Origin: Cyanobacteria bacterium P01_F01_bin.150
Lineage (GTDB): Bacteria; Cyanobacteriota; Cyanobacteriia; CAKZMO01
Length of the DNA: 64,000 nt
Direction: 5' to 3'
Assembly: GCA_039189765.1 (NCBI GenBank)
Contig: JBCCYL010000018.1
Span: 25,537 to 89,536, forward strand
Every line of letters starts with the position of its first letter. Within the stretch, counting starts at the first letter, position 1. The notes under the pieces were generated by a model that had not been told where the DNA came from, searched no databases, and was given only the letters and a program-made list of their open reading frames with translations. Below, piece after piece: positions 1 to 9,317 of the stretch. The position numbers and the translations under genes are program-made.

Positions 1-87
1 ATATGCCACAGCATGACTAAGACCCTCTGCGCGGTATAGTCAAAAGAGGGGTGAAATGTTCAGCACTACTGTTTTGGAGAACGACCC

Positions 88-1821
88 ATGCCAAGGAAGA
101 AATCTACAACCAGTCGAACCACCAGCGGCAATACTAGGCGAACCGCTAGCCGCGCGGCCAGCACTAAGAAGGGGACAAAACGGACCAAAACTGTAAACTC
201 AGAGGCTGAACAACCAACTCCAAATTCGGTAAAAGCGGACAACCATGATACGGCTGCAACGGAAAAAGCCGTTGAGAAAAAAACGAGTGTGAAAAAAACG
301 AGAAGGAAAACACAGACTAAAGCTAAAGTCTCCTCAAAAGCGACGGAAGCAGCGGTTGAAGCGGCAAAAGACGACGACAAAGTAAAAGAGGCTGATTTAG
401 ATTTAGAAGCAATAAATGACGCAAGTTTAGAGGCTACAGCTACGGTTAATGCCGTCATAGAATCTGTGAACGATGTGGAGGAAGCAGAGGAAGCAGAGGA
501 AACTCATACTGTCGATGTTGTGGTTGATCAGCGATCGCCCGAACCTGATGAGAACCCCCAGCCCATTCATCCCATGGCTGCAATGACGGCCCAACTGAAT
601 GAACCAATGGATGAAACGTTGGGTGATGAAGATGTGGACACCATTACCGTTAGTGTAATAGAGGCCACTGAAGATAAAACTGGCCATGATGAATCTGGAG
701 ACACATTAATAGAAGCAGAGGCAGAGGCAGAGGCAGAGACTGTAGACGTAATGGTAGAGATTGCTGTGGATGCGGTGGAAGTCAAAAACAGCAACTCCGG
801 TCGAACCCTTTCTGGGCCAGTGGTAGATGAACTGAATGAAGCGATCGCCACCGCTCACCTTCATGAGCGAGAGCTGGAAGCTCAAATTGAAGCGATTCAG
901 GCCCATGAGAATCAACTCCAACAGCGGGTGGAAGATGCGGAAAATACGGCAAAACAGTTTACGCAAGAATTAGTCGCAGCAGAGCTTAGGGAAAATGCGC
1001 TCAAGCAAGAAATTGTTGAGTTAAAAAAAGCGTTAGCTGAGGTGAAAGACGAATCGAGCCGGATTAAAACTCAAGCGATGCAGACCCAAGCCCAGCTCAA
1101 TGACCAGGACAAAAATCAGAGGGAAATTCGTAAGCTGAAGGGAGAAGTTACTACCTTAAAAGGGGAATTAGACGAAGCTAAGCGCTACATTCTCCAGCTC
1201 ACCGAACAACTCACTGCTGCTCAATTTGTCACCCAAACGCCACCTTCACCACAACCTACAGCGTCAACTCAACGCCAGGCATCTACGACATTCCCCCCCC
1301 CTCTGACTCAACGTGCTCCCCACACTCAGGTTGTCGCATCACCTCGCTCCCAACCCCGACGTCCAGCTCCTCGTCCCATTGCACCCATCGCATCGAAGGC
1401 TTCTACTCCCACTTCACCATCTGGTCTTCCCCAAATGCCTACAGAGCGCGTTGGTCGCTCAGCGCCCCTTTCACCTCAGCGATCGCCTAGTTCTTTGAGA
1501 CCGGCCTACACCCGTCCTGGGTTTCCGGCTCCCCAGTCTCCCCCCACATCCCATCCAGGAACTCGTGGACAAGCCCGACCCATGCCGCCTTTAGAATCCA
1601 TTACTCAAGACGGTAATCCATCCGGGACGGCTCAGTCCCCATCAAGTTCTAATCCTGCTAATTTGAACTCAACCCCACCCAATTCGGGCGCAATTATTCC
1701 CAAAAAATCATCTTCCATTGCTCGTCGGCGATCGCGCTATGATAGGCCCGGCATTGATGTAAATACCTCAGATTTGCCCCAGCCTAAAGTTTCAGATGCT
1801 GAAATTGGCTGGTTTGATTAA
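88..1821 (+). CDS. Hypothetical protein: basic then acidic disordered N-terminus, central coiled coil, Pro/Ser-rich tail ending in IGWFD
   Basis: 577-aa ORF with GGAGA upstream; heptad E/Q/K/L-rich segment; short aromatic C-terminal motif. Confidence 0.8.
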   Translation: MPRKKSTTSRTTSGNTRRTASRAASTKKGTKRTKTVNSEAEQPTPNSVKADNHDTAATEKAVEKKTSVKKTRRKTQTKAKVSSKATEAAVEAAKDDDKVKEADLDLEAINDASLEATATVNAVIESVNDVEEAEEAEETHTVDVVVDQRSPEPDENPQPIHPMAAMTAQLNEPMDETLGDEDVDTITVSVIEATEDKTGHDESGDTLIEAEAEAEAETVDVMVEIAVDAVEVKNSNSGRTLSGPVVDELNEAIATAHLHERELEAQIEAIQAHENQLQQRVEDAENTAKQFTQELVAAELRENALKQEIVELKKALAEVKDESSRIKTQAMQTQAQLNDQDKNQREIRKLKGEVTTLKGELDEAKRYILQLTEQLTAAQFVTQTPPSPQPTASTQRQASTTFPPPLTQRAPHTQVVASPRSQPRRPAPRPIAPIASKASTPTSPSGLPQMPTERVGRSAPLSPQRSPSSLRPAYTRPGFPAPQSPPTSHPGTRGQARPMPPLESITQDGNPSGTAQSPSSSNPANLNSTPPNSGAIIPKKSSSIARRRSRYDRPGIDVNTSDLPQPKVSDAEIGWFD

Positions 1822-1867
1822 TCGTAAATTTTGGTACGAATTATTCAACCAACGTCCACTGCAACAT

Positions 1868-2560
1868 ATGGATTCAAAATCATTTCAACCATCGCAACCC
1901 ACAGACGATGCAAGCGGCTCAGCGTCTATCTCATCCCCACTAACGACAACTCAGTGGTTGGCTTGGGCTAGGGAAATAAAGGCGATCGCCCAAAATGGTC
2001 TTACCTATGCGGAAAGCCCTTTTGATGTTCAGCGCTATGGGCGACTCCAGGAATTAGCAGCGGAAATGCTAGCGAGTCAAACTAACCTGAATGACGAGCA
2101 AATCTTAGCTATTTTCCGCCACGAGACTGGATATGCGACGCCCAAAGTAGACGCGAGAGGGGTGGTTTTTAAAGACAATAAAATTCTATTGGTCCAAGAG
2201 CTAGACGGTGCATGGGCTTTACCAGGAGGATGGATTGATATAAACGAATCCCCTAGAGAGGCAGTAGTGCGCGAAATCTGGGAAGAATCGGGTTACAAGG
2301 TGCAACCAGTAAAGCTTTTGTCGGTTTTCGATCGCTCCAAACATCCCCACCAGCCCAAGCGCCCTTACCATCTGTATAAGCTTTTTATCCGATGTGAACT
2401 GACGGGTGGTAGCTCAACCACAAGCATTGAGACGACTGCAGTGGATTTCTTTGCAGAAGACAGCTTGCCACCTATTTCTATTTCACGAGTTACGCCTTGT
2501 CAAATTCGTCGTGCCTTCGAGCACTATCGAAATCCAGATTGGCCCACTGATTTCGATTAA
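1868..2560 (+). CDS. NUDIX hydrolase with N-terminal Nudix_N domain (YjhB-like)
   Basis: AIAQNGLTY, GYATPKVDARG, Nudix box GGWIDINESPREAVVREIWEESG; start taken at ATG 1868. Confidence 0.92.
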   Translation: MDSKSFQPSQPTDDASGSASISSPLTTTQWLAWAREIKAIAQNGLTYAESPFDVQRYGRLQELAAEMLASQTNLNDEQILAIFRHETGYATPKVDARGVVFKDNKILLVQELDGAWALPGGWIDINESPREAVVREIWEESGYKVQPVKLLSVFDRSKHPHQPKRPYHLYKLFIRCELTGGSSTTSIETTAVDFFAEDSLPPISISRVTPCQIRRAFEHYRNPDWPTDFD

Positions 2561-2699
2561 GGGGTTTCATTTCAATGCGGACTATGCGAAAAGAATACTG
2601 ATGAGCCCCTGCGTGCATATTTGCAAAATATTCGTTAAGATACTTAACATAATTTACAAAAGTTAATAATATTTTATGCAACGAGGAACGCTCATAAAA

Positions 2700-3197
2700 A
2701 TGTCGTTTACTGATGATCGAACCCTAACTCGACCCATAAAGCTGTTTGATGCTGTGTCAGCGGCGAGAAAAGCGTTTAACCAGCTTGCTACTGATGATAG
2801 ATTGGGCCTGCTTCAGGTAGTTTATGAAAACATGGATGGTCCCATCAGTCCAGCGGCGACCGGTGCAGCACGTTTGCAGTTTGCCCAAGGTTTATTGACT
2901 AAGGTGAAGACATTGAGCCAGAGTGAGCAGTTAGATTTCATGCGAAATTTGACCGATTGCAGGGACACGCCAATGACCCGGTCCTACGGTATTTTGACAA
3001 GAAATACTAAACTTGCATTTTGGTTTCAACTATCTGAAATGATGCGCTCTGGCACAGTACTTGGTGTGCCAAGTGACCATCAACTTTCCCAGGGTGCTCA
3101 AGAGGTTTTCGATATGATTGTCGCCCTGGAGTTTGGTCAGCGAATTTCCTTTCTGCGTCAAGTGGTAACAGATATGGGCTATGAGTCTCCTGAATAG
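2700..3197 (+). CDS. Helical carotenoid protein (OCP N-terminal domain homolog)
   Basis: PAATGAARLQFAQGLL, TRSYGILTRNTKLAFWFQL and FGQRISFLRQVVTDMG motifs typical of the OCP NTD. Confidence 0.88.
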   Translation: MSFTDDRTLTRPIKLFDAVSAARKAFNQLATDDRLGLLQVVYENMDGPISPAATGAARLQFAQGLLTKVKTLSQSEQLDFMRNLTDCRDTPMTRSYGILTRNTKLAFWFQLSEMMRSGTVLGVPSDHQLSQGAQEVFDMIVALEFGQRISFLRQVVTDMGYESPE

Positions 3198-3231
3198 AGT
3201 TGCATTCTAAATCTGCCCTCCAGGCATCCAG

Positions 3232-3257
3232 GCATCGGATAACCCCGATGCTTTTTT
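3232..3257 (+). terminator. Probable intrinsic terminator
   Basis: GCATCGG-ataacc-CCGATGC stem followed by TTTTTT, just downstream of the HCP gene. Confidence 0.65.
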
Positions 3258-3328
3258 ATAGCCCAATTCCGCTGTCAATTGTATACTCACTACTTTAAGG
3301 AATAAACAGTTCGCCGACTAGCTTGTCG

Positions 3329-6247
3329 ATGGCCACATCATCCAATCCAACCTACTCCTATCAACCAGGGGGAAGTCTACCGCCAGACTCGCCTACCTAC
3401 GTTAAACGGCAGGCTGATGCTGATCTTTATCAATCGTTACTAGCGGGTATCTATTGCTATATCCTCAATGCCCGTCAAATGGGGAAATCTAGCCTTCGTA
3501 TCCGCACAATGAAGCTGCTGGAGCAACAGGGCATCGCCTGCACTGATATTGAATTGAGTGGTATCGGTAGCCAACAAATTACCAGTGCCCAATGGTACGG
3601 GGGCATGATTCAGGAGCTGGTAAGCGGATTTGGGCTTTCTTTTAAGCGGCGAGCATGGATGCAGGAGCGAGAAGACTTATCTCCAGTTCAGCGCTTGTCC
3701 CAGTTTATTGAAACTGTCTTGCTGACTCAAATTACCACGCCCATGGTGGTATTTATTGATGAAATTGATAGTGTTTTGAGTCTGGGATTTCCCACCGACG
3801 AATTTTTTGCATTGATTCGCCACTGCTATGAAAAGCGGGCCACCAATGAAAACTACCAACGTCTGACCTTTGTATTGCTGGGGGTCGCTACACCCTCTGA
3901 CTTGATGCGTAGCAAACAGTATTCTCCTCCATTTAATATTGGCCGAGCCATCCCCCTCCAGGGATTTCACATCGATAACTGTGGCCCCCTCATCCAAGGC
4001 TTGGGGCAACATGTGCAAAAGCCGAGAGCCGTTTTAGAGGAAATTCTATATTGGAGTGGGGGACAGCCATTTCTCACCCAAAAGCTTTGTTGGCTCCTTG
4101 CTCACCATGGTAGTGAACAACTGTTTAATAAAAATAGTATTGACAGTAATGTTCAAAATGATGTTGCCACCCTAGTGAATAACTATGTTGTTCAAAACTG
4201 GGAGGCGGAGGATGAACCTGAACATTTGAGGACGATTCGCGATCGCCTCCTGCGGGAAGGACAGGCTAATCAAGCTGTTTTCCAGGCGTATCAACAAATT
4301 CTCAAAACGGGCAGTATTCCCTTACGGGACAGTCCTGAACATGTAAAGCTGCGTTTAACCGGAATTGTAGAGGTTGACCGGGGCTATCTCCGTATCAAAA
4401 ACCCAATCTATGCCACCATTTTTAGCCATCAGTGGATAGAGCAAGAGATTAAAGCCCTTCCCAGCCTCACTAAAATTCTCCCTGTCACAACCACTTTAGT
4501 CTTTTCTGGGGTGGATGGGTTTATGGAAATAATGGCTGAGAATGAATACCATGCCCTTAGCCTTATCCAGCGGGATTTTATCCTGATGAAACAGTACGCT
4601 CAGCGATTTGACGGCTCGGTGCTCAAAACATTGGGTGATCAGTTAATGGTGTCGTTTGAAACCGCTGAGCAAGGGATGCAATATGCCATTGAAGTGCAAA
4701 AAGCCCTTGCGACTGCCGGTCTTGATCGTCCCCCTCAGGAAAATCTCTGCCATCGTATTGGGATTCATATGGGGGAGATTGTGGTGACGGACGACGACTT
4801 GATGGGAACCGATGTTACTATCACTACCTTAATCCAAGCGAATGCCATACCTGGAGGTATTTGCCTATCTGAACCCGTATTTACTACTGTCAGCAGACAC
4901 CTTGTTACCGACGTAATTGACATAGGAGAGCATGGAATTCTGAGGTTTGCCAATCCGATTCAGCTCTATCAGATTCCTCCCAACTATCTCCCTAATGCGG
5001 TTGATCGGTCCCTCAAACGCTGGTGGATGCCGGACCCCGTGGCGATCGCCCTTGGCCTGGGTGTAACGGCTATGGTAACAGCGGCAAGCTTCTTAGGATG
5101 GCTGGAAGCCTGGGAATTAAATGCCTTTGACCATTGGATGCGATCGCGCCCCGATGAAGGAGCGGATCATCGTCTGATGCTGGTCACCATTACAGAGGCA
5201 GATGTCCAGTCCCAACCCATTGAAGACAGGGGCGCTGCTTCCCTCTCCGATGAAACCCTGGCTCGACTGCTGACGATTCTGAACCAGGGCCACCCCCGAG
5301 TTATTGGCCTTGATGTTTATCGACAGCGACAGGTAGACCGTCGGTATCCGGAGCTAACCAGGATGCTATCCAGTAACGATCGCCTCTTTTCTATCTGCTA
5401 TTACGGCGATCCGGGGCTACCCCCACCGCCGGAAGTCCCCCCCCATCAGCACGGATTTAATAGCGTGGTTCAAGACGCCGATGGCGTCCTCCGTCGCCAA
5501 ATTTTAGCGGTTACGGCTCCTGTCCCCTGCCAAAATCCCTATTCCTTTAATTGGTGGTTAGCCCAAACGTATTTGCAGGATGAGGGCATTCAGCAAGTTA
5601 ATCAAGCCGATTATTTACAGCTAGGTCCTGTTCCCTTCAGGCGAGTCCAATCAAATACGGGCGGCTATCGTCGCATCAACCCGGATGGCCATCAGATTTT
5701 GCTTAACTATCGAGCCACAGCGCATATTGCCGAGACGATAACGCTCCAAGAAATCCTTAGCGAACAGTTTGATCCCAATCGGGTCAAAGACCGAATCGTG
5801 CTAATTGGAGTGGTGGCTCCCACCTTTAATGATCATGACTGGTTTACGCCTTATAGCAGCGGTAGCCAAAATCCAAGGCGCATGTCTGGAGTGGAAATTC
5901 AAGCTCATATGACCAGCCAAATTATCAGTGCGGTATTAGATGGTCGACCATTGATTTGGAGTTGGTCTGAACCCATTGAAATGTTGTGGATAGGTGTATG
6001 GACAATAGGCGCAAGCGTGGTGTCGGTGAAGATGCGATCGCGTCGCTATCTGACCCTAATGGTGGGCACAATGGTGCTCGGTCTTAGTGGAATATGCTGG
6101 ATTTTGATGATCTATGGTGGCTGGATTCCGTTTATTGCCCCTGTGGTGGGTATGGTGGGAACAGGAGCCGCAGTCAGTCTTTATCGAGCGGCGCTCGTCC
6201 ACTCTTCGTCTAAAGCTGGTACCCAATACCTCGGTGTTTGTCTATAA
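3329..6247 (+). CDS. AAA_35-type NTPase + degenerate class III nucleotide cyclase + CHASE2 sensor with C-terminal TM helices
   Basis: YQPGGSLP..YVKRQAD, Walker A NARQMGKSS, Walker B FIDEID; HRIGIHMG cyclase strand; CHASE2 motifs VIGLDVYR, DADGVLRR, SGVEIQAH. Confidence 0.88.
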   Translation: MATSSNPTYSYQPGGSLPPDSPTYVKRQADADLYQSLLAGIYCYILNARQMGKSSLRIRTMKLLEQQGIACTDIELSGIGSQQITSAQWYGGMIQELVSGFGLSFKRRAWMQEREDLSPVQRLSQFIETVLLTQITTPMVVFIDEIDSVLSLGFPTDEFFALIRHCYEKRATNENYQRLTFVLLGVATPSDLMRSKQYSPPFNIGRAIPLQGFHIDNCGPLIQGLGQHVQKPRAVLEEILYWSGGQPFLTQKLCWLLAHHGSEQLFNKNSIDSNVQNDVATLVNNYVVQNWEAEDEPEHLRTIRDRLLREGQANQAVFQAYQQILKTGSIPLRDSPEHVKLRLTGIVEVDRGYLRIKNPIYATIFSHQWIEQEIKALPSLTKILPVTTTLVFSGVDGFMEIMAENEYHALSLIQRDFILMKQYAQRFDGSVLKTLGDQLMVSFETAEQGMQYAIEVQKALATAGLDRPPQENLCHRIGIHMGEIVVTDDDLMGTDVTITTLIQANAIPGGICLSEPVFTTVSRHLVTDVIDIGEHGILRFANPIQLYQIPPNYLPNAVDRSLKRWWMPDPVAIALGLGVTAMVTAASFLGWLEAWELNAFDHWMRSRPDEGADHRLMLVTITEADVQSQPIEDRGAASLSDETLARLLTILNQGHPRVIGLDVYRQRQVDRRYPELTRMLSSNDRLFSICYYGDPGLPPPPEVPPHQHGFNSVVQDADGVLRRQILAVTAPVPCQNPYSFNWWLAQTYLQDEGIQQVNQADYLQLGPVPFRRVQSNTGGYRRINPDGHQILLNYRATAHIAETITLQEILSEQFDPNRVKDRIVLIGVVAPTFNDHDWFTPYSSGSQNPRRMSGVEIQAHMTSQIISAVLDGRPLIWSWSEPIEMLWIGVWTIGASVVSVKMRSRRYLTLMVGTMVLGLSGICWILMIYGGWIPFIAPVVGMVGTGAAVSLYRAALVHSSSKAGTQYLGVCL

Positions 6248-6278
6248 TTTCACCAATAGATTAAACGGAGTTGTCTTA

Positions 6279-6947
6279 ATGTCTGAACAGAAACCTGGGT
6301 TTCTTGCACCTGACCAACTGCTGGCCCATCTTAAATGGCGCTATGCAGTCAAAAAGTTTGATCCAAATCGTAAGGTTTCACCAGAGGATTGGGCGGTTCT
6401 TGAAGAAAGCTTAATCCTGTCGCCGTCGTCTTTTGGGCTTCAACCATGGAAGTTTTTTGTGGTCAAAACCCCAGAACTACGTGAGAAGCTGCTGGGGTTC
6501 TCATGGGGGCAAACGCAAGTGGTAGATGCATCTCACTTGGTTGTTTTGGGCCTAAACCCCAACGTGGATGAAGCCTATATCGATAAGTTCATAGACCTCA
6601 CTGCCACTTCGCGTCAAATGGATGTGGAAAAGCTGGCCTCCTCCTATGGCAAAGTGATTAAAGGCTTCCTCGGACGCATGACCACCAAAGAGGAGATTAA
6701 AGCCTGGGCTAAGCTCCAGGTGTATATTGCCTTGGGTCAATTGATGACCAGTGCGGCCCATTTGGGTATTGATGCCTGCCCAATGGAGGGATTTATGCCA
6801 GAGAAGTATGACGAGGTTCTAGGGCTTACTGAAAAGGGATTCTCAGCAGCAGTGGTCTGCCCTGTGGGCTATCGGGATGAGTCCGATCCCTATGCCTCTT
6901 ATCCTAAGGTTCGCTTTAGCCGAGAGGAGATGCTAGAGACGCTTTAG
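6279..6947 (+). CDS. Nitroreductase family NAD(P)H-dependent oxidoreductase
   Basis: WRYAVKKFD, LSPSSFGLQPW, GIDACPMEGF, YPKVR; GGAG upstream of ATG 6279. Confidence 0.93.
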   Translation: MSEQKPGFLAPDQLLAHLKWRYAVKKFDPNRKVSPEDWAVLEESLILSPSSFGLQPWKFFVVKTPELREKLLGFSWGQTQVVDASHLVVLGLNPNVDEAYIDKFIDLTATSRQMDVEKLASSYGKVIKGFLGRMTTKEEIKAWAKLQVYIALGQLMTSAAHLGIDACPMEGFMPEKYDEVLGLTEKGFSAAVVCPVGYRDESDPYASYPKVRFSREEMLETL

Positions 6948-6993
6948 GCGTCACTTCCGGGTGAGCATCTCAGTTTTGTAATTTGATAATCTT

Positions 6994-7030
6994 CACCCTA
7001 AATCCTTCTCCCAATGGGAGAGGGACTTTA
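6994..7030. repeat. Small dispersed palindromic repeat
   Basis: TCCTTCTCCCA-A-TGGGAGAGGGA hairpin. Confidence 0.55.
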
Positions 7031-7230
7031 ATGCCTCGTCTCGACCACCAGTAACTTACTCTGGGCCTCTCTAAGCGATTGAAGATACAGCCTCCTCTCG
7101 TATGAGCGTCGGTCCCAGGTCCCCATTTCCCTAAAGATTAAAAGACAACCTAATCTACAGATTTGGTTTATCTCCATGTAGGGCCAAACTACTTGGTCGG
7201 AGCGGCGGTTCCCCCTGTAGCAAAAGCTCT

Positions 7231-7983
7231 ACATTTGAAGATAATCGATACTTTTTTAAACGTAGGAATATAGAGATACTAACTCAAGAATATATTGCAA
7301 ATCTTCCTGATGCAAGTCATAGTCTTGAAATTTTGGATGCACACAGTAAGGTAATCCTAAAGGCAATTAAAACTCAGCATGGTCTATTAGTGGAGAGAGC
7401 AAAAGGAATATATTCTTTTTCTCACTTAACCTTTCACGAATATTTTGCCGCTCGAGAAATAATTGGTCATTCTGACCCAGCATCTAATGAGAAGAGGATG
7501 GTAGACTTGTTTTTACACGTTGCTGACCCCCGTTGGCGGGAGGTAATACTTTTGACTGTGGGTATGTCCATGAATGCTGACTATCTTCTCTCAAAGATGA
7601 AATTGCATGTTGATAAAATATTGGCAGATAAGCAATTTAACTCTTTTATTGAATGGCTTTTATCCTTTTTTAAAGACTTTAAGCTGACTACAAAAGAATC
7701 AATAGAATTTAGGGAATTTTATTTTTGTTTATCCTGTATCGAATTAGATTTGCAGGTTATGAGTCCGGGAGAAAATAATATCCTTAGGACTGATATGAAT
7801 TTAGTCCTCTCACTTGAACTGGCCAAAGCGATTTACTCAATTTTAGGGCCAGCTAATTCTCTGAGTAATTTTGATTTAGTACAGAAATTCAACTCTAACT
7901 TTAACGAATCCTGTCACCTTTTAAGAGAAAAGCTTGAAATATCTCTTAAAGATATTTCAGATTCAAAGTGGGTTGCGGTTTAA
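7231..7983 (+). pseudogene. Internal fragment of a NACHT/STAND NTPase (winged-helix and C-terminal helical region), lacking the P-loop
   Basis: In-frame TFEDNRYFFK..EYIANLPDA..AIKTQHGLLVERAKGIYSFSHLTFHEYFAAREI..WREVILL; no N-terminal NACHT core upstream. Confidence 0.8.
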
Positions 7984-8000
7984 GGCGAAACAAAAGTAAT

Positions 8001-8031
8001 GATAGTGTGGGCGCTTCGCGCCCACACTATC
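8001..8031. repeat. REP-like hairpin, GGGCG-CTTCG-CGCCC family
   Basis: GATAGTGTGGGCG-CTTCG-CGCCCACACTATC perfect 13-bp stem; same core recurs near 14.6, 31.5 and 34.9 kb. Confidence 0.8.
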
Positions 8032-8501
8032 CGCCTAAAGTTGATACCCAAAGTTTAGGGTAGCTATAGAAGAAATGATCCGGCGTCTTCCTCCACTCGG
8101 CAAAAATGGAAGGAATTGTTGGGAAAAATTAGGTAGAAAATAGATTGTTGAGTTTAAGAGCTTGTTAATACAATATAGAAATATTGGCCATTCTTGGGAT
8201 TTTACACTGGAGCAGTCTATTCGGATTAAACAATTTTACGAGGCCAACGTACTTCTGTGTGACTGTTTAAAGACTGATTGCTATGTCAGTCGCGAAGTAC
8301 GTCAGTCCCTTTTAGAAAACTGGTTGATTCCCTCGTAAGGCTATGTCTCTGGTTTAAATAGCTTCACACCATCCCCTAATGACATGAAATGAGAATTTCT
8401 ATCGTGATAGAGGTTCGTGTTCTTTTTTAACAGGTCAGCCACAGGTCAGATTTTGCCTTCTAGAATAAATTTGGCAAATATTTAGATCTCCTGATTTCAG
8501 A

Positions 8502-8951
8502 ATGGAACCACCTGCTCAATATCGGATTCTTGCTATCGACCGCCATCCAGAACACGTTGAAGTTATCCGTAGGACTTTAGAAAAAGGGGATATTGTCAGC
8601 GAAGTGGTGGCGATCGCCGACCCAGATGATGCTCTAGCCTACTTGAATCGCCAGGGTTCGTATGATCAATCGCCTCGGCCTGATCTTATTCTTCTTGACC
8701 TTAACTCATCCCATGCTGGCAATACCCAAACAGGGTTGAGCATTTTAGAGGCTCTCAAAACCAGTCCGGAATTGAAGCACATTCCTATTATCATTTTGAC
8801 CCTGGCGGACGACACAGACCTGATTTATGACAGCTACACCTTACAGGGAAATTGTTATGTATTAAAGTCTTCTAATCTTGATCAGCTAACCCATATCGTC
8901 CAACGGATTGAGGAGTTTTGGTTGGGAATTGTAACGTTACCCATACAGTAG
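8502..8951 (+). CDS. Rcp1-like single-domain response regulator, atypical acidic pocket
   Basis: RPDLILLDLN, LKHIPIIILT, GNCYVLK, IEEFWLGIVTLP. Confidence 0.88.
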   Translation: MEPPAQYRILAIDRHPEHVEVIRRTLEKGDIVSEVVAIADPDDALAYLNRQGSYDQSPRPDLILLDLNSSHAGNTQTGLSILEALKTSPELKHIPIIILTLADDTDLIYDSYTLQGNCYVLKSSNLDQLTHIVQRIEEFWLGIVTLPIQ

Positions 8952-9317
8952 CAGCTCATGGTCAGAATAACTTTTATAAAATCAAGATAAATTTTCTATT
9001 GTTCATCAAAGTCAATTATAGATTTGAATCAAGAAATATCTCATTATTAGTCATTTCTCAAGGCTTTATTCTTTTTTAACTATTGATTTTGTCGCAGCCT
9101 AAATTACTGGGTTAGGCTTTCTATAAAATGATGCCTAGGAAATGTTCACCTTAGTTATTAAAGGCGAAGGCTTTTTGTTTACGCTTTGCTGCTTTGCGAC
9201 TTTAAGGAGTTGGAGCAAGTAATGGCAATGGGCTGGACGAGGTCATTCTCTTCGTTAATGTGACTCAAGCACTTTGGGCTGGAGTTTATTTTTTGCACCA
9301 CTTGAGTGAGGCTTATT

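Noticed and set aside
8247..8302. ACGTACTTC...GAAGTACGT stem as a riboswitch
   Set aside because: Only a single hairpin, with no recognisable aptamer consensus
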